A stretch of DNA of 64,000 bases from Pseudovirgaria hyperparasitica. Lineage: Eukaryota. A program made the translations under genes and the position numbers. The notes beneath the pieces were generated by a model. The model did not search any database. It was not told the origin of the DNA and was given only the letters and a program-made list of their open reading frames with translations. Below are positions 51,285-61,664 of the stretch, piece after piece. Position 1 is the first letter of the stretch, and each line of letters starts with the position of its first letter. Where the stretch lies: assembly GCA_010093815.1 (NCBI GenBank), contig ML996566.1. One strand, given 5' to 3'.

Positions 51285-51292
51285 TTTATATA
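51285..51292 (-). promoter_or_regulatory. TATA box of the microprotein gene
   Basis: TATATAAA on the minus strand, followed by a pyrimidine-rich leader. Confidence 0.55.
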
Positions 51293-52200
51293 TCTGGCAG
51301 ACGCTCGTTGGCAAGCATCAAGTAGGAGTACCGTCAATTGATGCTGTAAATGACCATTTCCACCAAAGCCATTCTGCACGACGTATCGAGGAGTAGTGGG
51401 CGAGCGACCGTGTCGAAAAGTCTGAATAGAGAGTCATGACACTAGACTGACAGCAACCCAAGTGGATGGCATGCCGAAAAGAAATGTGTCTCAGACCAAT
51501 GGAGTCCGGCTGTCCCACTACACAGAGGTTTGATGAGGAATCGGGCCTATCATACGTGCGTTCTGCAGGCGCACCCAAACAGGCCATGAGTGAAAAGAGC
51601 TTGTTGTACACTAAGGCGCCAGTTGCCGTGCCTGTGGACGGCTCGATCCCTGCTGTCTGTCTGTGCCTCCATCCCCAAGCCTTCTTTGCTGGCTGTTTTG
51701 GTTCGAGTTTGTATATCTTATAAGAAGCTTTGCCATAATAGTAGTCGTCTACTTCCGCTTTTCGCTCCTACGTGGACAGCGGCATGTTCTTCGCAAGGCC
51801 GTGTGCAACGGTGGGAGTATATGTCCCGACAGTCTTTCAAAACATCACCATAATTGTCTCCACTCCCAAAGAGTCCATCGCTTTGATGGTCGCTGTCCAG
51901 GTCGGCGAATGGACGGAGTAAAGAACAGGAGTAACGAATATGAATCCTGCTTATGGAGATGGACGCTCAAGGCTGACGAGGAGTGGGACCAAGTAGTCGG
52001 CCTACATGGCTCGCAATAAGGTTCTGAATGCACTCCATGTTGACAGCGCCATGCTGCAGAATGCTGACATGCCCGCTTACAGTACAGTACATAACCTTAC
52101 GATGTTGTGCTTATGTGCGTAGTAGGTGAACTGTGTGGGAGACAGAGGGCGCGGCGCGGGAGGCAGAGGGAGACCGAAAGGCCCCGCCAGGTAGTGCGCA

Positions 52201-52275
52201 AGGGCCAGGGCCAGGGCCAGGGCCAGGACCAGGGGCTAAGGCTACCACCTAGGGCTAGGGCCCCTACCTAGGGCT
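52201..52275 (+). repeat. (AGGGCC)4 tandem repeat plus CTAGGG units; canonical G-quadruplex motif
   Basis: GGG runs at 52202, 52208, 52214 and 52220 with 3-nt loops. CTAGGG occurs three times nearby. Confidence 0.75.
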
Positions 52276-52487
52276 GGTATACAGTACTGTAATTAGCTTA
52301 CATACGTAGCCTGTCTGCCACCTGTCCAGCTGCCCCAGCTGCACCCATCTACCTCCCTCCTTAGGCTACCTAATTACTACCTATCATGAGGCGGCCGGCT
52401 TGGATCGCGCGCCAGGTCTCCGATTCCCCGGGACGGCTGCTCGCCGGGTCCTCTACACGCGCCAGTACTGCAGCAGGTACATCCCCG

Positions 52488-52523
52488 TACTACCACTACC
52501 ACTACTGCCACTACCACTGCCAC
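52488..52523 (+). repeat. Degenerate TAC/CAC microsatellite
   Basis: tactaccactaccactactgccactaccactgccac. Confidence 0.65.
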
Positions 52524-55500
52524 GACCAGATCTCACTACCTCATACCTCCCTCCCTCCATTATCGCGATCGTCTCTGAGCAAGGTCTTGTTCCGTCTTCA
52601 GAATGTCCAAGCTTGGCGAAGCAACGTTAGGGATCGATCGAGCTTACATGCTGCACGCCATTCTCAAGGCAGCGTTGCTTGAACGGGGTCCCTGAAACCC
52701 ATCTGCCAATCCGAACCATGCCGCTCCACACAATCTGCAAATACCCTGCTACGATGAAGCTCCTTGCTTCGCTACAAATTGCCTTCTTGTATTTGTCGAC
52801 CTTTTTTCTCATAGTTTCGGACATGGTTAGCCGTCCGAACGTTCTGATCGCTCTGACCGGCCAGACTTACTGCCATACCATGCCATGCCCGCACTCTCTG
52901 TTGTAAATATCAAGAAGTCGCACATGAATGTCGTCGAAAGCGGTAAACGGCAAACGGCCCACCTATCGATGCTGGATTCGGCAACCGAAGCGAGAATCGT
53001 GGACAGAAAACACTGTCTTTGCGCGGCCCGCCAAGTGTCTTCAACGATCCGGCGCCTCCGTGCTGAGGACGATCTCTCTTTTTCGATGGCCATAATCTGC
53101 TTCAGGTCACATACCTATACTCTGCAAACAATCACGGTCCTCCGGTCTCATGAATATTTATCTGATGAGGCATTCAGCCTACAGCCTGTGCTGTACGGGT
53201 AGAACCGTAGCACATGAACAACGGCATCTTCTCAGAACCTAGTCGTGAATTCCTATCGTACGACTAATTATACTGTTTTCGAAACATGAGGCTACATGAT
53301 GCCACTGCTTGCAAGACCCCACCTTCTAGAGCTCGTTACTGTACGGCATGTGGTAAGTTTTCACAGGTGTTTATTGTTATTGCTCAAGCCTAGGTCGGGA
53401 TCGTGATTTAGAGTATGAGACATGGCATTTCATGTCATGGAGGAGCTTGGTGATGTCGACCCTTTACAGTAATGGCTACCCCAAGAAGAGTGTTAGAGAT
53501 ACAGAAAGCTCAATCAAGGCCGTATTCCCATTGGCACCATTTATGCCTTACTCAGTGCAGCATGCCACGGTCTCGCCTTTCGATCAGATTTCGGAGACCG
53601 CTCTGGACGCACCAGGGTCATTTTTCGAAACGAGCTCATCAACGCCATCCCTGTGAGGACATCAGCTATCTTTGGATAGGGACCAGGTCACTGAATGACA
53701 AAACCTGTCGAGCCAGACCTTCGCCCTACGAACTGTGCGTGCGATATGCCATCCTGTGTATTCAGATGCAGCCTGCTTGGGTTCATTGAAGTTTCGTCGT
53801 GGTCGACAGGGCTGATCCGCCGACGTGCCACAAAGCTAGGCAGGAAGGCGCAGTGACGTGCATGGAAGATTCGAAGAACCGACACTGGGCGTTGGGAACG
53901 TACAGGAATACGCCCGGCGCCTTATTCCGATTGTCGTGGGACAAAATCTTGCGCGACGATCTTGGACAATTCTACAACATGAACTTTATGTAATCCTCAC
54001 CGTCATGTCATCGCTTGACCTTTTATACTACATCTAGTATTTGTCGTCGTTGTTTATAGACTACGACAAGCAATTCGCTGCCACCGGTGCGCCGCACCGC
54101 TTGGAGGTGGTCCAGGACAAAGTTCAACATAGCCAAAACGTTTACCGGGCAAATAAAGATTGTGATAACCAGCCCAGCTCCTTTTTTCGGATTCCAATTT
54201 GGCAATGGGCCACGCCTACCTGGTGCTAATCATCGGCGACTGTATGGTGGAGTTGTGGCAGCCACGGTTGAACAGGAAACTACTTTCGGGAGCTCGTATG
54301 GAATATAGGGCAATCCCATCTGTGAATTAGCAATAAAGCCACTGTTGCGTCTCATGCCAGAGAAAGCTTGACAGAAACGCCTCCTTTCATCTGCAGCAAA
54401 CCAGGTCCCCGGGATACTCATAGGCACAACACTGGTGGCAGAAGCAAGGTGTGTCAATCCAGTAAAACAAGACTGTATTGCGAGGCCAGGCTAAACTTGA
54501 TTTTGATGTGAAGTAACGCGATAGACGCTGAGCGGTCATATACCAGCCCTGCAAGACTTTTCCGGAAGCAAGATTCCTAATCCAGAAGTGCGAGTCACGG
54601 AAGCATATCTCGCATTTTGCAAAATGTGCCACTGGATTATCATATTGTTGCTATAGCAGTGTTCATTTTTAGTTGGTCGCCGAGGAAAGTTCGAAAATAA
54701 TTCTAGAAAGAGATTGGGGGCGTTGCTCTCAATATTCTACATCCCTCATGCTTGCTGTGCAACACTGGAACGGCAAGTGGCCTATCGTCTTACCGCAACC
54801 GGCCAGCATTGCATTTCATACCATTCGCCCGGACGCAACACATCGAAGGGTTTCTAGTGAGCAGGGATCATGTGCTGCCTTTGATCCGTACCGGAGGTAT
54901 AACGGGCTTGCATAACACGCTCTTTGGCCTGCTACAAGAATATCTGGGGTGCATGGTTGCAGCGCGACCATTGTGCAGGCCTGCGCCTTTCCTTCAATTC
55001 AGTGTCCCGAAGCACGAATCGCGGACGCAGCCGTGGGAATGACGTCTCTGTGTCCACTCCAGGGCGCAGCTCTCTGGGTGGCTTCGGGATAAACATTAAA
55101 CCTCGATTAGCTATACACTTGCGAACGCCCTTAACATCTCTTCCCTTACCTGCCTGGGAATATACGCTACTACTTAGTCTCCTGGACTCTCTGGGCTATC
55201 TCTATAATGTAGACGATACTGAGAATATCCGTAATGAAACCCTGGGACAATTTTCACAGAGTGATAGAGGGGGCAGTGCATCAAGCACATAATCCGGATA
55301 TCCGACCCATCATTTCATGATATATCAGTTTGTAGACTACATGATGCAGTGATCAGCTCTGGCAGCGCCCTATCTATAGTCCAAGGTCGAGGAATAGGCT
55401 GACAGTCTTTCTGCAATACTGGAAAATAGTTCCAAAACAGAGAAAATCTACGGCAGGAAGCTGCTGATGACAAATTGCTTGGCTCAAATCTTTTCAAGAC

Positions 55501-55691
55501 TCTACATGGAATGTGCAAATGTGTATTCATTTTTGAAGGATACATGATCTAACCTAGATAGGATTAGGCTATCATAGATCTAAGCTAAGCTACGAAATCC
55601 TCAAGCATTCGCATCTCTCGAAGAGCTGTACAGTCGTCTGCCATTTTAGCCTTCACTTCCTTCGCTCACATAGCAACTTTACCATCATCGC

Positions 55692-56726
55692 ATGATGCTT
55701 CGTCCTGCTTCTCGGTTATTACGGCTGTCGCCCCTCCACTCAATCCCGCGCGTTGCGCCTTCACGCAGACTTCTGAGCACTGCACCCCCAAGTCAAAAGT
55801 CGAGATCTTTCAAGAACAAATTAGTGCGCCTGGCGCTAGCTGGAGGCGTTGTATATTTTTACAACACCACTGATATATTTGCGGAAGAGCCATCCTGTAC
55901 GATAGATTGATGGAATCAGCCAATAATGTCATCCCCGTACTGACATCTCACTGCAGTCGTCCCACGGAGTGCCGAGTACGAGAGCGAACCTGAAAACCTT
56001 CCCACACTCGAAGCTCTTGCAACACAGCGAAAACAACAAAGAGCCAAGGTTGAAAGTAGACAGGATCAAAGCAACGCACAGCCAGCGCCAGTTACAGGAG
56101 ACGAGCACGCGTCAGGTGGAGAGCCCAATGGCATAGAACAACTGGAGGAAGAAGCAGGCCAACAAGGTGCATTCAATCCGGAGACCGGCGAAATAAACTG
56201 GGACTGCCCATGCCTCGGTGGCATGGCCCACGGTCCATGCGGTGAAGAATTCAAGACAGCTTTCAGTTGTTTTGTATTTTCGGAGGCGGATCCCAAGGGG
56301 ATGGACTGTATAGACAAGTTTCAGTAAGTACACCACTTCAATGAAGACAGGGAGCATACTCGGAAGGATACGGAACTCACGAAACACAGGGGCATGCAAA
56401 CCTGCTTCCGAAAGTACCCAGAGATCTACGGCTCTGAACTCGAGGACGACGATGAAGATGAACAGCAAGCACAAGATAAAGATGGTAGCCAAACTCGACC
56501 CGATCCCGAAACGACTCCTGATACATTGGCGCTGGCATCTAAAGATGATACAAGTATGCGTACAAGCACTGAGCAACCGAAATACACGGTTGGCGAAAAA
56601 GTGGCGGATAGAGGCCAAGAATACACATCTAGCCATGATTCAGCCATCAAAGATAAGCGTGCTCCTGGACAGGTAGCCCATCAAATAAAAGATCCTCACA
56701 GTAAAGCGACAGATGACAAATCGTAG
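55692..56726 (+). CDS. MIA40: Mitochondrial intermembrane space import and assembly protein Mia40; 3 exons
   Basis: Presequence plus TM ([13 protein letters not shown]), [36 protein letters not shown] and [19 protein letters not shown] (CPC plus twin CX9C). Introns 55897-55956 and ~56325-56389. Confidence 0.96.
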
Positions 56727-57231
56727 GAGGACTTTGAATGGCTACAGAATAAGTCTAGGCCTAAAATGTACATTATGTAAATAACCTTTTGATAGAGAAC
56801 GACAGCGCCCTGGAACGGATACTAGAAAAAATCTCTATGATTATATATCGTAGCTGGCTAAAAGCTGGCTAATAGGTGATTCTGGCCATATAGTTAAATG
56901 CATGTCTTCACGTTGATGCAACAATCTTAATATAATAATAAGCTTAGTTCCGCCTTCCCCAATTTGGCTTGAGCATCTAATAGTAGGTCTCCGACGCCGA
57001 GGTGGTGACGTCGTCTCCAAGAGCCCTAGACTGGTAACCGAAGATATACCGGCCCCAAGCTTGCTGCCCTGTTTCTCCTTGTGCGTCACACGACAAGCTT
57101 CCCAGTATCACGAGCATCTATTTGCGTTGACAAGTCACACTGGTCCTTTCTCATCTTCAAATTATCCAACAGCCTGGTATATCGAGCTCTACCTCGCCCA
57201 AACCAGTCTCAATTCTCCATACGCCGCAGAT

Positions 57232-58025
57232 ATGAGCTCGTACGCAGACGTCGCGGCCAGTGGGCCACAGCAGAGTGCCGAAGAGGTCAGTTACGAAATA
57301 ATACTATTGAAATGGTACATGCACTGACAGAACCTCGTAGGCGTAAGTGACTTTCTCCTATACTGTAAAACATTGCTCGTTGCAGTCGCTATACCTCGTG
57401 CATCATGTTCAACGCAACAGACACCTCTTACCAACACAAGCGCTCGACGTCACAACCGCACTAAACCCCTGCGAGATACATGAGTTTCAAAGCATCAACC
57501 TCAACTAACATATTCCCTAGCCGTGCGCCCCCACCCACCGAAGTTGAATCCATAACCTCCGAATCTACCCACTCGCTCATCGACGTCGACACCCCACACG
57601 TCTCTACCGTCCCCTCAACCTTTTCATCCCAGGAAATCCAGACCGACACGCAAGCTGCTCGCATTGAGCGTGAAGAACAGGCAGCCGATGCACGCGCGAA
57701 GGCTCAGGCCGCAGCCGATAAAGCCAAGGCAAAGTCACGCCGCGCAGGTGGTATTTTGAGCAAGAACGCCGACAACCCGGTCGTGTTGGGCAACTTGGTG
57801 ACGGCGGGCTTGCTGACGGGTGTGCTGGGCCTCGGTGCGTATAGAAAATATACTGCCGGCGAGTTGTCATGGAAGGTCGCGGGTGCATGGGCAGGTGCTG
57901 TTGGGCTATTTGCTGCGGCGGATTACTTTGTTTCGCAGTATGTTGTACCGGCCGATCGAGATGGAGAATGACTTTGCTAACTGATGAGTAGACGCTTGTT
58001 CCAGAAATACCCCCCCAAGAAGTAG
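57232..58025 (+). CDS. Mitochondrial outer membrane OM14-like protein; 4 exons including a 2-nt micro-exon
   Basis: MSSYADVAASGPQQSAEE-A-RAPPP...SLIDVDTPHVSTVPS...NPVVLGN, two C-terminal TMs, ending FQKYPPKK*. Introns 57286-57340, 57343-57520 and ~57938-57991. Confidence 0.78.
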
Positions 58026-58789
58026 ATGCATTAGCTTCAATGGAAACGCGGTGTTATGAAGCCGCATATCGCACAACCTGTGCCATCCTCCCCCCTCTCC
58101 TGTATTTATCTCTGCATTCCCTTCTCTTTAGCTGCTCTGGGAGACGTTAATGGTCATGTCACAACAATGGCAAGGTGGTGTCACAGATGATCGTGATGCG
58201 GTAAATGATAATATTCTTTCGCTTGCTCTGAAAACGGACCCTGAACTGATAGTGATCATAAGTTGACATTTGGACAGTCTCCAGTCGAGCAGATCCGCAG
58301 GTGTGGTCCGTATGCACGTCTGGATACGGTCAAGCATGTCTTACTCCATGGAAATAGATGGAACGGCTCGATCTGGGCATAGAAAGAGATGTTTGAATCA
58401 ATCATCAACACGCAACGTAGTCGTGAGATCTGCCAAGTGCATGACAACGTGACATCCAAAGGGTTCTTGACCTGCTTTTCAAGTGACCCGGCCTGAGAAG
58501 ACTGTGTCAGAAGGCTACGTATATACACTCGCACGTTCAATGATACCTCACGTACTTCTACCAGGCCTCTAAAACGGTTGTGCCATGCAAGAGTTCTCCA
58601 AAGCTTGCGCCCAAGCTGAAATACATCCCCCACCAAAGCTTGCCGTTGCGGATCCATACGTCAGAAATAATGACTATTATAAGTGGTTAATAAGCGGAAT
58701 ACGCTCACGCTATATGCCTGGTTACGGTGGCATGAAACGCCGTCTATAGAATACAAAATCTGCGAACTCGTGATGAAACGTCTAAACAT

Positions 58790-60533
58790 TCAAGCCTCGC
58801 GCTTCGAGAACGTGAGGTAGCAGTCATCCTGTTAGTGATTAGTAATGGTTATCAAGGGTTGGGAACTGGACTTACCATCGGAAAGATGGTTGCGAACACC
58901 TTGATCTCTTCCGACTTCTCTGTGACAGTATGTTTCCAGTCAAGAAACATACTCGCCATACCAATCATGGCCATGAGATTGTGTGTAGCGTAGACCTGGC
59001 CGAGACAGTAATGGGGTCCGGTTCCAAAAACAAGCCAGTTCTTGACTTGCTTCTCGGCATCGCCAGTGATCCATCGATCGGGATCAAATGTATCTGGGTT
59101 GGGGTAGACTTCCGGGTCGTGAAGCGCAGGGTAAGTCGTTGGAATTACCATGGAGCCCTTGGGCGCAGTATATGTGTCGGTGATGGGGAAAGCCTTCTTC
59201 GCAACGTAAGGTACCATGAGCACAGGTGGCCGGTAACGTAGAGTCTCCTTGACAACGGCGCGAGTAAATGTCATGTTTTCCAGCATATCCATGCTGAGGG
59301 GTGCATTACGGTCGCCGTTGCGTAGGCGCAAGTTCTCCTCGCGGACCCTTTCAAGATAGTGAGGCTGATCAGCCATGAGTTGGTACAACCAAGTGCAAGC
59401 GCTCGAAGTCGCGTCCTGAGATGCGAAAAGGAAGGTGAAAAGGGTCATGGAAATCTCGAAGTCGGTGAATTCGCGGATAAGCATTGATGGCTTCTCAGAT
59501 TGCGGGACATCGATTCCTTGCGCGATCTTTTGACGGTATTTCTCACACTGGACCATCTGCAGTACCCAGGCATCTAGAATGCAGTTGGGTTCACCTCCCG
59601 CAGCGATTCTGACCTTGCTCTTTGCAGCGCACTTAGAGAACTCCTCAAGTACCATGTCCGCAGCCTTTTTACCCCAGTATGTCTTCGTAAAAGGAATGAT
59701 GATAGGAAAGTTGACCAGTTCCAAAGCGGCAGTAATTAGATAGTAGTCGTCCGCAATCTTTTTCACCGATTCGTCGGGCATGTAGTGACCGACGAAGCTT
59801 CGCATGGATACGGCGCATTGCAGCTCCCGGAACTCGGGCATAAACTGCACAGGCTTTCCATTGGCCTCCTCGGTGACCTTAAGAAATCGCGCGAAGTACA
59901 GGTTGTAAATTTCCTCCTGTCCTGGCAGGTACATCTCAAGAGCCTGACGAGTGAACAGACCATTGAGACCCTTGCGATAATCAACGTGTGCCTTGCCATC
60001 GAGGAAAACCCAATTGTTTGGACGTAAGAGCTTGTGAGCAACATCAACCACGCAGGGTTTGACGAATGAGGGCGAATTGAAGACTTTGCGGGCCATGTCG
60101 CGAGTGGAGGCAATGACAACGAACCTGGGCTGATAAGTGATTGCGAAGTCAAACTCCGCAGAAGGGCTTACTTGTGAAAGACAGAAACGCAGCTCAACGG
60201 CCCGCTCATCCATTTGGCATAATATTTCTCGAATTTAGGATTAACAGATTCTAGGAATGGACCAATGAATGGTGCTTTCCACGCAGGCCCCTCGATTGAA
60301 CCCTTATTCAAGATGTATTTGACTGTTGTTTGTCAGACGAATCTTCTCCTCTATCTGTTCCAGATTATCTCACACTGATCGTAAGCGATAGCGACCAGGA
60401 TTATAGTCAAAAGGGCCGACCATCCGTTTATGTGCGCTAGGATTGAGAACGCGAGATTGTTCTTAACGAAGTCCGTTGAAGGCGCGAATTGAGCATCCGC
60501 AGTGGGCGACGCGAAGTTTGCGTTCACCGACAT
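58790..60533 (-). CDS. ERG5: C-22 sterol desaturase (CYP61); 4 exons
   Basis: [71 protein letters not shown] and [13 protein letters not shown]. Introns 60323-60373, ~60125-60171 and 58829-58875. Confidence 0.96.
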
Positions 60534-61664
60534 GGTGAGACCGTTGCTAGTGGACGTCCCAGCGATCCGAAAGGATTGAAAAGTAGTTCAAATAATCACG
60601 CTGCGAATCTGAGGACGCAATTGACGTAGACCACAGTGGTCGGGAGAAATAAGGAGAACAGTGAAGAGGAGAGGCTGAAAGGAAGGAACGGTCTTGCGTA
60701 AGAGACGAGAGTGAGGCAAGGGAGGTGGAGGTGAAGAGAAGGGGAGAAGGTGATAAGTGGTATTAATTTCCTGAACCCTTCTTTCTTCTTGCAGCGTCCA
60801 GCCGAGCGGAGTGGAGACAGACTGGAACAGGTAAAGATACGTGGGTAACGAATACTCAGCAGGCTTACTAATACTTGAGTACTCGCGAAGCTTGGATCAT
60901 GTTATTGAAATCCAGCCGGCCAGAGAGCCCAGGCCAAGATTCTCTTTGTAACGTATAATGAGTCATTCATCATAAAGCGGTATACCAAGACTCATTCAGC
61001 GAGACTTAAACGACCCTAGCAACAGGCCCTCAAACGAACCATTACACACGCGATGGGTGGATACAATCGGCACAATCACAATGCGCCGGAATCTTAAAGT
61101 TCTTACCCCTGCGTGACGTGATATCGCATCAAGAATCGGCGAGGGACCCGTTATAACGAGATAAGGCTAGAATAGAATATCTGAGAGCACGTTTCTGAGG
61201 CCATGTTAGCACTTGAACACTCCCAGTATTACGTAACTACGTACAAGCCTCATGAACACTGCATAGACTACAATTAAAACATGGAGAAGGTCTCAATGTT
61301 TTCAGTATATTCCCAAAGCTATGATACTACTGTAATTAAGCGGCATATCCATGCGCTAGTGCTCGGCTATGGTCTCGGGAAGTTGTTGTCCGAGAGGAAA
61401 TAACCTGCGCGACTGTGGCAATACCGCACCAACTCATCCACTACTCATTGTCCATGTCCAATGTCTGCCATTCCATTACCACCGCTATACACCATGAAAC
61501 CACATAGATCATGGCGTTTGCCTTATCTGGCGTGTTTCCATCCATAGCTCAATAATACAGTGTTTCGATATGCACGTCTAGTGCACTTCAACATCCTACC
61601 AGAAATGTAGTCGTACATCGTTGATCCAACCATGGACCGCACACAAGATAACTCCTAGACAAGA

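Noticed and set aside
58128..58657. ORFs of 133, 69 and 60 aa between the OM14-like gene and ERG5
   Set aside because: They lie between convergent 3' ends and have no recognisable motif, so they are probably UTR.
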